Source of the DNA: Bdellovibrionales bacterium
GTDB taxonomy: Bacteria > Bdellovibrionota > Bdellovibrionia > Bdellovibrionales > JAUICD01
Direction of reading: 5' to 3'
Length of the DNA: 64,000 nt
NCBI GenBank assembly: GCA_965197425.1
Contig: CBDANC010000013.1
Span: 1-64,000, forward strand
This document shows, piece by piece, positions 1 to 11,944 of this stretch (its first letter is position 1; the number at the start of each line of letters is the position of its first letter). The notes beneath the pieces are model-generated. The model searched no databases. It was not told the origin of the DNA and worked only from the letters and a program-made list of their open reading frames with translations. The translations under genes and the position numbers were made by a program.

Positions 1-692
1 GTATATCCAGAAGCAGTTGGCCTATTTATGTCAATTTCTTCAACATTTAAAAGCCGTGTCACAATATCATGATGTCCATGTTCAGCTGCAAAATATAAGG
101 CAGTTTCACCAAAAATACTCTCTGAGTTAACATCAATTATGCCTTTTTCCAACAATACTTCAACTAGAAATACATAGCCTTTTATTGATGCCCATGAAAG
201 AAGACTATCTCCCAACAAATCTACAGCACTAACATCTATTTCAGGTCTTTCTAAAAGAACATACATTACATCTAGGCTTTCACCAACCATAGCTTCGCTT
301 AGAGGTGTTTGTAAAATATAGTTTTGCTTGTTTACATCTAAATTTGGATTTTCAATAAGTAGCCTTGCAGCACCAACATTGTTAAATCTTGCTGCTATAA
401 TTAAAGGAGTATTACCACTTCCATACTCTGCTAAATTTACATCAACATTAGGAGATGAAAGCAGCACTCTAACTATGTCATTATTCCTTTTGTAAATTGC
501 CCATAGTAAAGCTGTCATGCCATTTTCATCTTGAGCATTCACATCTATATTGGTGGCTTTAAGTAAATTTGAAACAACGCCAACATCTCCACTCTTGATG
601 GCTAATATTAAAACAGGAGTTTGAGCATATACCGATACTGTTAAAAATAACATAATGGGTACAATTATTAGGCTTCTAATTATTACTCTCAT
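1..692 (-). CDS. Secreted ankyrin-repeat protein (3' end runs off window)
   Basis: Not in ORF track. Manual translation from ATG 692 (GGAGG RBS upstream): MRVIIRSLIIVPIMLFLTVSVYAQ signal peptide, then repeats such as DVNAQDENGMTALLWA, GNTPLIIAA, GETALYFAAEHGHHDIV. Confidence 0.9.
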   Translation of the reverse strand, partial: MRVIIRSLIIVPIMLFLTVSVYAQTPVLILAIKSGDVGVVSNLLKATNIDVNAQDENGMTALLWAIYKRNNDIVRVLLSSPNVDVNLAEYGSGNTPLIIAARFNNVGAARLLIENPNLDVNKQNYILQTPLSEAMVGESLDVMYVLLERPEIDVSAVDLLGDSLLSWASIKGYVFLVEVLLEKGIIDVNSESIFGETALYFAAEHGHHDIVTRLLNVEEIDINRPTASGY

Positions 693-953
693 ATGAACCT
701 CCTGTGGTTTAAAGTGGTGATTCGAACTTAATATATACGATTCAAGTAAGTATAATCTAAATACACATAATTTAACTGGCAGCGGATTCGCTTGTACCTT
801 TATAGAATTCTTAAAAAATACCACATTTTTTAAAGTGCAACAATTGTTGTCACTTTTATGATATAAATTAAAGTGAAAATGATAAAAAATTGTAAGATTT
901 ACTAATCAAATACAACAATTGTATACGTTAATACTGTCTGTTTTAAAAGGATC

Positions 954-1577
954 TTATTTAATACCGTTTTCTTTATTTCTTAGGCTTGTGTATTCTTCTA
1001 TTCGATCTGCAATTTCTAAATATCCAGCTCCTCTTGCAAGATCTGAAGCTCTCATATTGTCCACACTTATGTTTAAATCAGGGTTTGATTTGAGCAAAAG
1101 ATTAACAACTTCTTTATGCCCTTTTAAACTAGCCCACATTATGGGTGACATTCCGTCATTATCTACAACATTTAAATAAATACCATGAGTTGATAATAAA
1201 ATCTCAATTATCTCTACATGCCCAGCTATACTAGCTAACAGCAGAGGATTTAATCCCGAATCTTCTAATGTGGTATTCACATCTATACGTCGTTTTGAAG
1301 GACTTAAAAATAAATCAACAAGCCCTACTCTGCCATAATAACTTGCCCATCTTAGTACAGAACCTTCGTCACTATTACCCAGTACCACATCTATTTTTTT
1401 GTTCTTAAGTCTTTTAATCGTATCATTTTCTTCGACCACAACTGTTGAGCGAGACACTTTATTTAAACCAGAATCATCGTCATAGCCCAATGCAGCTCTG
1501 CAACCCATGCTATTAGAACCAAGGACCGACATAGGAACACATAGAGACAGTAAAAAAATAAAATAAAATAATCTCAT
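954..1577 (-). CDS. Secreted ankyrin-repeat protein
   Basis: Signal-like N-terminus MRLFYFIFLLSLCVPMSVLG; ankyrin motifs GLNPLLLASIAGHVEII and GMSPIMWASLKGHKEVV. Confidence 0.88.
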   Translation of the reverse strand: MRLFYFIFLLSLCVPMSVLGSNSMGCRAALGYDDDSGLNKVSRSTVVVEENDTIKRLKNKKIDVVLGNSDEGSVLRWASYYGRVGLVDLFLSPSKRRIDVNTTLEDSGLNPLLLASIAGHVEIIEILLSTHGIYLNVVDNDGMSPIMWASLKGHKEVVNLLLKSNPDLNISVDNMRASDLARGAGYLEIADRIEEYTSLRNKENGIK

Positions 1578-1659
1578 ACCTAAAAGAACCACTACATTTA
1601 TAGTGATTTTAACAATTTAGCAGTTTGCAAAAACACATCCTGCTATAATATATCGGTAC

Positions 1660-1759
1660 AAAGGTGAGCTTAATGAGGCAAAAATAAAGAGGCTCCACTT
1701 ACTTTTTTTGCCAAATGGCTGCTTCCTGGTGGACACGATGTTGATCCTGTAACTAAAGG
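1660..1759 (+). repeat. Modular hairpin element copy (TAAAGG family)
   Basis: AAAGGTGAGCTTAATGAGGCAAAAA...TTTTTTTGCCAAATGGCTGCTTCCTGGTGGACACGATGTTGATCCTGT matches modules at 27835-27920 and 60416-60458. Confidence 0.75.
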
Positions 1760-1770
1760 CGAAATACTTT

Positions 1771-2944
1771 CTAAAAACCGTTAATTTCTAACTCTTTTAT
1801 TTTTCCTAGCGCTTGAGACTTGTTTTTAATCAATTCATTTAATTGCATTTTTCTTATTATCTTTAGTATTTTTCCAATTTTACGTTTTTCCACTTTAGTT
1901 TTTATATCATTCCCATCTATAAGCGGCGGGGGTAAATTTGGATATTTTTTACTTATTTGTTTGAGTTTATTGATTTCACAAGTTCGATTTTCTGATTTTA
2001 ATGCATCTATTATATGCAAATTTTCATTAATTTCTCTAAGTTCACACAATTCTAATGACATAATATTTTTTTCTAAAATTTTACAAATATCTAATACCAT
2101 ATTCAGATTTTTTTTATTAATAAAAAATTGCTCCAGTTTTTGCTTATCACTTGTGTAGAGCAATGCCGCAAGTCTAGCTTCATAGCTTCCATATAAATTT
2201 GTAAGAGTATTTATTTTTTTGCTCTAGTTCTTTTAAGTCAAATAACAAATAATTTTGCAAAAGTTTAGTATCTAATAACATTTTTAAACCCTTTATTGGA
2301 TTGGAAGAAAGTATTATTTTATCAAATTCAGTTTGCCACCTGGGCTTGCTTATAATGTCTATATCAGAACTTAGTATTTTTATGACTTCATATGTTTTAT
2401 TGTCAATTTCCCAACCTAGTTCTGACACAAATCTAATTGCCCTAAGCATTCTAAGCTTATCTTCTCTAAACCTATCTAAAGGATTACCTACAGTTGTAAT
2501 GATCTTTGATTTTATGCTATCTAACCCCTTTATATGGTCTATTAATTTTTGTTTGCTCAAATCAAAATATAGAGCGTTACAGGTAAAATCTCTCCTCATT
2601 GCATCAGTTTTTAGATCACCAAACTCTACTCCACTAGGATGTCTGCCATCATAGTTAAAATCTTTTCTAAATGTTGTAATCTCAAAAGAATAACCATCTA
2701 AAAATACCGTGATTGTGCCAAACTTTTTTCCTATATCCAAAGTATTTTCAAATATGTCTGCTACAATATCAGGTGTTGCACTTGTAGCAAAATCAATATC
2801 TTTTACTTTTCTTTTTGCTAAAATATCCCTAATGCATCCACCAGTAAGATACACTTGATAATCTTTTAATTTATCTACTATCTTTTTTATTGAAGCATAG
2901 GTGGGTAGTTTCTCTATTGCATCTAAAATAAAGTCATGTGTCAT
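1771..2944 (-). CDS. cca: CCA tRNA nucleotidyltransferase, split by a single-base frameshift
   Basis: GGCIRDIL, DIDFAT, RRDFTCNAL, EDKLRMLRAIRF in 2180..2944; C-terminal PLIDGNDI in 1771..2163; removing one base from the 2214-2220 homopolymer joins the frames (QKINTLTNLYGSYEARLAALLY). Confidence 0.88.
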
Positions 2945-4076
2945 ATAATAGCTTGACCCATCTTTTCTCTTACAGCCTGCAAAGTTTTTGCATTAGAAAC
3001 ACACTGCCCGTTCCAACTCAAACTATCCCAAGTTTCAGGAGAATCTATAATTAACTCCGTTTCATGCAAAGTCTTGTTATCATAAACTGGAAAAATACCT
3101 ACGCCTTGTTGTTTAGGAAAATTAACAATTTCAACAAATTTATTTGTTTTGTTTTCTAAAATTTGCTTTACCTTCAAAGATAATAGTTCGTATTTTTTGT
3201 CATCATAGCTTGAAGGAACTCTAAGCCAACAATTCATATAATTATTTGATATGGTTTTTTGCAAAATCATTAAATTTTCATGACTCCATGGAAGATATAT
3301 GTCTTCTAAATTTACAAAATGTACTGGCAACAAATCAAATACTTGAGAAGGAAAAGAAACCTTATATCTGACCCAATACCAAACAGGTTTTACTACCTTT
3401 TTAAAAATTTTATTTCTAAGTTTCGGTAAAAAGTAATCCGTTTCAAATGAAGATAACATCCACACCAAGTTTTTTATACTCAACAACTGTTTTACCTAAA
3501 CTTACTGTCTTACTACTAAAAGTGATATTATCTATGGAATTATAAACATCTACTCCTAACCCTTTTAATTTTTTTTTAAAGTCCGAAACACCCCTTCTGG
3601 TTGTCAGCCTATAATAAAATGGACTAAACATAGGGGTAAGTAGACCAGAATCTAAAGCATCTGCGTTGCTTCTAAAAGCAGTAGAGCTTAATTGATGAGA
3701 TAAATGAGCTAGCCAACTTTTATCAAAGTCGATACCAGTTGGTACATTGGACAGATCATTTAAATAGCCTATTGTATCTTTATTAATTTTAGAGAACTGA
3801 AATTTTGAAATAGGACCTCTAAACTCTAGAATAGAATTTTTCAACCAAACAGTAAAACCATTATCAGCATGCAATAAAGGACTTTCATTTTCTAATCTAT
3901 CCGCAAAAGACTCCAAAAGCTTCGTTTTAAAAATACCAAAAGGGCCCTCCATATCCTCCGATGTAAAATTTAAAACCAGAATTTAGATCAACTAAAATTA
4001 CACTATAACCTAGACGAGCAAGCTCAAAGGCCAACCAGTCTCCCCTACCATAAATAGAAACTATAACAATATACAC
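2941..4076 (-). CDS. Hypothetical protein with N-terminal Rossmann-like segment, split by two frameshifts
   Basis: Upstream frame VYIVIVSIYGRGDWLAFELARLGYSVILVD joins ORF 3443..3952 via a shift at ~3965-3968; that ORF joins 2941..3486 via a shift in the T6 run at 3470-3475. Confidence 0.6.
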
Positions 4077-4308
4077 AGCCAAATTTATACAATCTATTTA
4101 ATTTCAAAACAAGAAAATCAAAAAACCACACTTTTTTATATTAAACTAAAATATTATGATACTCTAATAACTATTTTAATATACTAATAAAATTAATAAT
4201 TTTATTTTAATAATCTACGGGTCCGAGAAAGCAGGCCAATTATTTGCTGGACTCAATCAGTGTTGGGGTTTTAGAAGATATTTTGTATCATCGCAAATGG
4301 AGGAAAAA

Positions 4309-4564
4309 ATGGCCAGCATAACTATTTACACCAAAACATACTGCCCGTACTGCGATAGAGCTAAGGCTCTTCTAAAAGATAAAAATCAAACATACAAAGA
4401 AATAAACTTAGATGATGATCCAAATGAGTTTGAGAATTTAAAGAAAAAAACCAACCTAAAAACCGTTCCACAAATTTTTATAAATGATAGGTGTATAGGT
4501 GGTTTTTCAAGAACTAGTAAAACTAAACTCATCAGATGAATTAGACAAATTATTAAATGATTAG
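4309..4564 (+). CDS. grxC: Glutaredoxin 3, with 3' frameshift
   Basis: CPYC, TVPQIFI, IGGF; deleting one T of the run at 4503-4507 gives a normal C-terminus GGFQELVKLNSSDELDKLLND*. Confidence 0.9.
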
Positions 4565-4573
4565 AAAATATTT

Positions 4574-6433
4574 TTATGAGCCAAATTTCAAATTACTTTT
4601 GATTTTATAATACTCTGCTAGAGTTTTATCATATGGTACACTTTCATTATTAAAAATCTTAAAAAGAGTAGGTTCCATCTTCTTTCCACTTTTAGTGTAT
4701 GGGATATAACTCACTCTATATATGTACTTAGGTACATGTCTGGCGGTAAGTTTTTTCCCTATGATTTTTAAAATATCATCTAGATCTACATCTCTATCTA
4801 AGATAACAAATAAAACCACAACCTCATCAGACCCACAACATACACCAACACATATACTATCCACCACACCATCTACACACTCTACACTTCTATAAATTTC
4901 AGAAGTCCCAATTCTAATACCTCCAGGATTTAATGTATAATCAGATCTTCCAAAAATTCTAACCCCTCCATTTTTTAAAATCTTTATATAATCACCATGT
5001 CTCCAAACAGCATTATATTTAGAAAAATAAGAGCTTCTGTATTTTTGCTTACCAGGATCATTTAGAAAATAAATAGGCTGAGACGGAAAACTTTGCCTAC
5101 ACACCAACTCTCCTTCATTTTCTGTAAGCTTACCATCTTCATCAAAAGCAGCGATATCCATACCAAGTCCTTTACAGGTTACCTCTCCCCTACTCACTGG
5201 CACAAGAGGATTAGCTAACATAAAACATCCCAAAATATCAGTACCACCCGATATACTAGACAATCTTACATCTTTTTTGATTTTATTATACACAAAGTCA
5301 AATTGCTCATCGTAGAGTACTGAACCAGTGGACAAAATAGATTCTAAACTTTCTAATTTTAAATTATTATTATACCCTGATTTTTCTAACGCTCTTAAAA
5401 ACTTAGGACTTGTTCCAAAAATATTAATTTTATTTCTATCTATAATTTTTAGAAAGTTTAGAAAATTTTTAACTGACCCTTCATACAATGTTATTTTTCC
5501 AAAAAACAAACCACTAATAAGCCAGTTCCACATCATCCAACCACAAGTTGTATAATAGAAAAGATTTTTTATAGAATTCATATCACAATGAAGGCCCAGC
5601 TCTTTTATGTGTTGCAAAAGAGTTCCACCTACAGAATGCACAATACACTTTGGACTACCTGTAGTACCAGAGGAAAACATAATATATAAAGGAGAGTTAA
5701 ACCTAACTTTCACAAACTTAAGCTGTCTTTTTGATTTTTCAAAATTCCATGGATCACCTAAAGCCTGACAATTATTAAGCCCTAGAAAATCTACTATGAT
5801 TACTTTTTTTATAGATTTAATCTTTTTTAAAATAGTCTCAATGTTATTTTTCAAACAATATTGCCTGCCATTATAACTATATGATGAGACAGTGACTAAA
5901 ACTTTTGGATTTAAATCAAAAAATCTATCGACTACTCCATCTGCACCAAAATTACAGCCAACAGAACTAAATACTCCGCCTGAGGCAGTGGTTCCTAACA
6001 TAGCTATAACAGTCTCTGGAATATTAGGCATATAGCTTGCCACAATATCTCCAACACCTACAACATCACTTATATAATGCTGGAAACAAGCTGTTTTGTT
6101 TATGATTTCTTCCTTGTCTAAAGTTTTAGATAAACCAGACTCATGTTCAAAATAAATTTTGTCACAGTTGTTTAATAAGTTTTCTGCAAAATTTAAGTAT
6201 AACTTAGGAAACCAATTATATTCTAAAAAAGTTTTTTTAGAATAAACACAATCACAATCACCTTCAAAAATAACATCAAAATATAATAAAAGATCTTGCC
6301 AAAAAAAATCTTTACTTTTATCTTTTTCTATACTGTAATTATACAACTCCTCGTAAGTTTTGAAGTTTAAACTCTTCATAAATTTATACATATGTGTGTT
6401 TTGAATATCAGTTGGCGTGTAAAGAACACTCAC
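4574..6433 (-). CDS. Acetoacetate--CoA ligase
   Basis: LNFAENLL, YIMFSSGTTGSPKCIVHS, TTCGWMMWNWL, SISGGTD, GRSDYTLNPGGIRIGT. Confidence 0.92.
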   Translation of the reverse strand: MSVLYTPTDIQNTHMYKFMKSLNFKTYEELYNYSIEKDKSKDFFWQDLLLYFDVIFEGDCDCVYSKKTFLEYNWFPKLYLNFAENLLNNCDKIYFEHESGLSKTLDKEEIINKTACFQHYISDVVGVGDIVASYMPNIPETVIAMLGTTASGGVFSSVGCNFGADGVVDRFFDLNPKVLVTVSSYSYNGRQYCLKNNIETILKKIKSIKKVIIVDFLGLNNCQALGDPWNFEKSKRQLKFVKVRFNSPLYIMFSSGTTGSPKCIVHSVGGTLLQHIKELGLHCDMNSIKNLFYYTTCGWMMWNWLISGLFFGKITLYEGSVKNFLNFLKIIDRNKINIFGTSPKFLRALEKSGYNNNLKLESLESILSTGSVLYDEQFDFVYNKIKKDVRLSSISGGTDILGCFMLANPLVPVSRGEVTCKGLGMDIAAFDEDGKLTENEGELVCRQSFPSQPIYFLNDPGKQKYRSSYFSKYNAVWRHGDYIKILKNGGVRIFGRSDYTLNPGGIRIGTSEIYRSVECVDGVVDSICVGVCCGSDEVVVLFVILDRDVDLDDILKIIGKKLTARHVPKYIYRVSYIPYTKSGKKMEPTLFKIFNNESVPYDKTLAEYYKIKSNLKFGS

Positions 6434-7905
6434 TACTTATACCTTAAGGGGCGTTTACTTTTTGGTAGTACCTTATTAGTAGTTTTTATGTTATGCACCT
6501 GAACAGAATTAGTTGAACCTGTTTTTAATAGTGGGAATCCAAGGGTTATAACAATATTATCACCATGCTTTACGACAGCATTGTTAATCAAAAAATCCTT
6601 AACGCTCTCTATAACTTCTTCAATTCTTTTGTAAGGTTTTAAAAATAAAGTTTGAACTCCCCACATAAGCTCTAATTTATTTAGTGTCTCTTTTATATGA
6701 GTGGCTGCTAATATTCTAGCATAAGGTCTGTACGAGGAAATTAATCTGGAAGTTGTCCCAGTATTAGTGAGCGACACAATTAACTTTGCGTCTACTTTTA
6801 GAGCCATTAAACAAGCACTTTCTGCAACAGCATATGCGACTGTACGTTCTTCTTGTTTATGATCTATGAAAGAGTAGTTTTTGAACATCGACTTTTCTAC
6901 ATCTAAAATAATCTCATTCATAGTTTGTATACACTTATCAGGATACTTACCTACCGCTGTTTCTGCACTTAACATTACAGCATCTGTGCCATCTAATACT
7001 GCATTTGCGATATCAGTTACCTCAGCTCTGGTTGGCCTAGGCTTATCTATCATGCTTTCTAACATCTGTGTGGCTGTAATTACAGGTTTACCAAAATAAT
7101 TACACTTTGTTATTATTTTTTTTTGGATGGAAGGTAGTTGGCTTTGACCTACTTCAACTGATAAATCTCCTCTTGCAACCATTATTGCATCACTATGCAT
7201 GGCTATCTCATCTAAACCATTTATAGCACCTAATCTTTCAATTTTTGCTATTACTCTAGTCTCTGGTGAGTTTGATTTTTTAATAATATTTTTTAGTGTC
7301 TGTATATCATGGTAGTTTTTAACAAAACTTAAAGCAACATAATCGACCTTACAAGATAGACCAAATTTAAGATCTAGTATGTCTTTTTTGGTTAATGCAG
7401 ATTGATTTATCTTGCTATCGGGAAGATTCATGCCCTTTCTATTAGTTAAAACACCACCATACACAACCTTGGAATATAATATTTTATTTTTTTTACTAGT
7501 AACTCTCAGTTCAATTATTCCATCATCAAGTAAAATCCTATCTCCAACAGAACAGACATCATAAATTTTTGAAAAATCAGAAGATATTTTGTTGGCTTTG
7601 CCTATTTTAAATTTGGAAGATACTTCTACAGCACTACCTTCCTTTAATTTCATTTGCCCATTTTCAATCATACCAGTTCTTATCTTAGGACCTTGTAAGT
7701 CCTGTAGAATTGTTACAGGAGCAGCAAATTTTTCTGATAATTCTCTTATATGACTAATAACAGTTTCATGCTCTTTATGGGTGCCATGGGAAAAATTTAA
7801 TCTCAGAGCATTTACACCAGATCTTATAAGTTTTTCTATAGAAACCTTGGAACTTGTGGCAGGACCTATGGTAGCTACTATTTTTGTTCTTCTATCAGAT
7901 ATCAC
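6433..7905 (-). CDS. pyk: Pyruvate kinase
   Basis: RRTKIVATIGPA, RLNFSHG, IMVARGDL, ATQMLESM, PRPTRAEVTD. Confidence 0.97.
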   Translation of the reverse strand: MISDRRTKIVATIGPATSSKVSIEKLIRSGVNALRLNFSHGTHKEHETVISHIRELSEKFAAPVTILQDLQGPKIRTGMIENGQMKLKEGSAVEVSSKFKIGKANKISSDFSKIYDVCSVGDRILLDDGIIELRVTSKKNKILYSKVVYGGVLTNRKGMNLPDSKINQSALTKKDILDLKFGLSCKVDYVALSFVKNYHDIQTLKNIIKKSNSPETRVIAKIERLGAINGLDEIAMHSDAIMVARGDLSVEVGQSQLPSIQKKIITKCNYFGKPVITATQMLESMIDKPRPTRAEVTDIANAVLDGTDAVMLSAETAVGKYPDKCIQTMNEIILDVEKSMFKNYSFIDHKQEERTVAYAVAESACLMALKVDAKLIVSLTNTGTTSRLISSYRPYARILAATHIKETLNKLELMWGVQTLFLKPYKRIEEVIESVKDFLINNAVVKHGDNIVITLGFPLLKTGSTNSVQVHNIKTTNKVLPKSKRPLRYK

Positions 7906-7938
7906 AAAAACCTTCTTAAAATTAAGGTTATAGTTTAT

Positions 7939-10382
7939 TTAGTTAAGTTCACTCAATTGCTCTGCTAACCTTTCAAACCAATATTCTCTAGTATGCCTTA
8001 AATTTTCTAAGTCTTCTTCATACAAAATCTCGTCTAACTCATATAACATTTGCAGTGTATCCATAGTTAACCTTAAATCAGGCAGAATTTTTTGATTTTC
8101 ATTTATTCTATAAAAACCCAAATCTTCGTCAAATAGTTTATTATTCATAGTGCGATATGTGTCTGTAATAACAAGTTTTACTAAATTAGACTCCCACTCA
8201 TGGTTGTGCATTGCTACAAGCCCTCGTATTGCATGTACTTGAGTGTCAAGTGACAAAGTCTGTTCTCTAAAATTGGTGTCTAAATAATATGAGTCATAGA
8301 ACCCACCTTCTCGTTGTTGTAATTTTGAAGTCAGCAAAAAACCCAAACCTAATATCATTCTTCGTATTAAAACTTTGGAGTCATGAAATATCGGAGCTCT
8401 AAAGACACCTCTAAGCACATCTTCTTCATCAAAGCTATCTATATTAATAGAATTCATAAACCTTAAAAGCTTATCAATTGAGATAATAAATTTAGATATA
8501 TCCTTGGTTACAATCTTATGATGTTGAATATTGTTGGTCACATCACTTACCGACATCATAATGCCACGTGCCTCTTTTAAATCATCACCAGTGAAAGTTC
8601 TATGTTCTCCTGTTTCATCATATAAAAGAACACCTTTCTTTTTCAAATTAGTAAAGACAACAGATATCAATCCCAAATTTAATAAAAATAATGAGTCTTT
8701 TGGAAACATTTTATGATTACCAACATATTCATTACCCATAGCTATATCAAAATTATTAGGTCCTTGATCAGTTCTAAAAAATTCCAGAACCTCAGTAATA
8801 CCCTCGATATATTCTGCCTGCGATAGTACAGTTGTTTTTATATCTGGTGTATTTGTGCCTTCAAATCAATTTCAAATCCGCTCCTAATCATTAAAGTCTC
8901 AGGCATGCCAAAGTAAGTTGGGTTCTCATTATCATAATATGTTCTAATATCTATTTTGGAATTGGTAACATTATCAATACTATCAAATGGTAAAAAAGAT
9001 CCTTTATAAACATCCAAATCTTCTTCGTCCTTAATATAACCTACGACACTAGATGATTTGTTGATTAAAGAAAACAATACTTGCTTGTATTTTTTGTCAA
9101 ACGGATTGTCATTTGACTCTTCTAAAAACTTAAGCCTTTCTAGCATAAGAGGCATAGATAAAGCCCATGTATTAGCAGTAGTTACTTTCTCATGCTCTGA
9201 TATTAATGGTTTATCAAAAACGACATTATTATCATGATCAAGATATGTCTCTACATTAGAAAACTCAATTGCAGGAGCTACACCTCCATCTCCATTAAAA
9301 GCCAAATCATCAAACATACCTCCCATAACTACATGGATGGAATCTTTAAATCTTTTGTCATCATTTAATAACTCATTAAGCTCTTGTTCAAAAATATTTG
9401 AGATAATTTCTGGTATTTTATTTAAGTGTTCGACAAAAAAGTTTGCAAGATCCATTAAAAGTTGTTCATTAGATATGTTTTTTCCAAGGATTCTAGATAC
9501 TATATCTGCAAAAAATTTACGCCATCCTGTAGTTTTTATTGCTTCGTCTATATTTCCTAAGATTTGCTGACCTATTTCGGTATTTTGTATAAATTCGTTG
9601 TCACTTATAATATTTTTTACATTCTTTATATTTTCATCAAAAGTATGTCTTATATTTACACCTGCTAGTAAATCTGACTCCAGCTTGCGTATTACCGGTA
9701 TGTATTTGTCTTTTATTATACTTCTAACAGCATCTATAATAGATTCGTCAATTGATCCCTCCAGTTTATCATCAATTCGACCAACAAAATCTACTATTTC
9801 ATCAAAATAACGTTTTAACTCATAGTCCTCAAATTCAGATATTTCTATAAATTTAGTTTCACTAATTGTCATATCTTTAATGAGATCTTTTATTGTTGAA
9901 ACAAGCTCTAAAGCCATCTCTTTTGTAGAGTCTAAAATTTCATTGTTATTTTTTGCATCTTCCTCAAAAAACAAATAGGCATAAGGGGTTCTGTTTGGTC
10001 CATAAGCGCTGTAATGCTCCCTGTTAGCATAAAATCTCTCAGTTAGCCTATTGCCCAATTCAATCAAATCTTCATTATCATGTTCAGTTCCCATATCAAT
10101 CATAGTGTTTAGAAATGAAAACAGATCTTCAGTATTTTTTAAGAGCAGTACTCTTTCATCAGCAGTATCAGGCAAAAAGCTAATGTTACGGTTAATAACT
10201 ATACCTCGTTTAGGCACTCTAGGGAGTATAGAAAAAGGTTGGATTTGATTTTTTTTGTCTAATATACTCCTCGTACAACCTACACTACTTAAAACAAATG
10301 CTATCAAGATAAATTTAGCTACGCTTGTTCTAATTATTTTTAGATTTACTTTTTTGTTTGTTTTTATCACATGCCTTCCCAC
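7939..10382 (-). CDS. Large hypothetical lipoprotein (~810 aa), split by a frameshift
   Basis: Lipobox-like FVLSSVGC; ORFs 8838..10382 and 7939..8739 join if one base is added at ~8864 (IDFEGTNTPDIKTTVLSQAEY...DIAMGNE). Confidence 0.6.
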
Positions 10383-11622
10383 TAAAAAAATAAAAGTATA
10401 CTAATCTCTTGTCTTGATTGTCTTATAACATTAACTCCTGCTAGTACATCAGAGTAATAATAGTTAATCATAAATGGGAATGAAAATCTATGTTGCATAA
10501 ACCACTTCGAGGTATTAAAAGTTAAGCCCATTTTAATAGTAAAACTTTTAGAGTCTGTATTATTAGATAATAAGGAATAATCAGAAAATTTGCTACCTGT
10601 ATATTTATCTCTGTTTTTAAAGTTATAAGCTAAGTTTGCATTTAATATCAAAAAATCTGTTAGATCATATCTAGAATATAAATCCAAAGAATAACCTTGG
10701 CCATAGTATGCTTTTAATTCTTCTTTTCTACTCTCCTCTGGGAGTATGTCCATTGAATCCTTTGGTACTCTTTTGGTTACCTTAGTAGGTAAATTAAAAG
10801 TTGTTCCCAAAGCAGTACCAACTAATATATCTGAACCAACAGAAAACTCATGATGAGATTTTAAATTAAAAAATGTCTTGTTGAACTCATTAATACTAAT
10901 AAGATCATCAGGGTTAGGTTTAATACCAGTAGGAAGATTAAGTATTCCTAAAAGATAAAAGTTCATAGATTTCTTATTTAAATAATTATAGGCGTTTAAA
11001 ACTTGGTAAATCACCAAGGCCATTCTCATTTCTATAAGATATTGGGTCATAACCCATTTTCTCCTTCTTCATCTCAGTATTAAAGTGTTCTATTAATTTT
11101 ATATTAGTCATCTCGTCAAAAGCCTTGCTAAATTCAGAGTCCTCTCCACCAATGTCAACTCCCTCTTTTGCTATCATTTCTCTAATGTTTTGAGAGTTGT
11201 TCTGCCCAGTTTGAAGAATCCCAATTTCTCCTCTAAGAGTTACAATAGGAAGTGCCACACCAACTGTCCATTTGTCAGAAATTCCATATGCCAAAGCAGG
11301 AACAAAATAAGAAATATTTAATCCTCCTGAAAACTCTAGCCTTCCTAAATTGAACTGATCTCCTATATTATAACCAGGAGAATACATGTTAAGCACATCT
11401 GCTAATGTACCAAACTTAGTGATATACTTTTTTAAAAAGTCAGAGGTTAAAGGTTTGATTGAACCTACCAATCGAATTTAATTCACCTTCATTGTTAAAC
11501 TCACTGGAGATCTCCTTTACAGTACCAAATATAAATCTGGGATGCCAAATACCCTTAGGAAGAGTAGTCTGAGCAAATGCTGCATTGGTAGATATTATAA
11601 ATATTACAAAAAATTTCTTCAT
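10382..11622 (-). CDS. Putative outer-membrane beta-barrel protein, split by two frameshifts
   Basis: Signal peptide MKKFFVIFIISTNAAFA; GLGDL motif and alternating aromatic strands, C-terminal Phe; three ORF pieces join at ~11445 and ~11006. Confidence 0.65.
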
Positions 11623-11653
11623 ATTGATTAGGTTCTTTTTAGACCTTTGTGAA

Positions 11654-11728
11654 ACCGGTAAGTACCCCACTGGTAGTGGGTACCCCACCCGTGGTGGATA
11701 CTCCACTCGTAGTGGATACTCCACTAGT
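11654..11728. repeat. 18-bp micro-palindrome array, 4 units
   Basis: accggtaagtaccccact / ggtagtgggtaccccacc / cgtggtggatactccact / cgtagtggatactccact. Confidence 0.92.
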
Positions 11729-11944
11729 ATCTGATTTTATGGAATTTGTTTTTGTCATAATTTTAAATTAACCCATCATAACCCTTAGCTTCCGAAACCG
11801 TCCAAACCGGGGTACTATAGCATATAGCTAATGAAAACTAAAACACTCGTATATATCATATAAAAGCTATATGTCTTATGGTTTTTTTAGAGGCGTGGGA
11901 GGTACAAAAAAGTTAAGTAAAACCAAGCTATTATTAGTTGAATG

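Noticed and set aside
11654..11728. Micro-palindrome arrays as mini-CRISPR, or ORF 11440..11724 starting MEYPLRVEYPP
   Set aside because: Spacers are only 3 nt; the N-terminal extension is repeat read-through and the real start is the signal peptide at 11622
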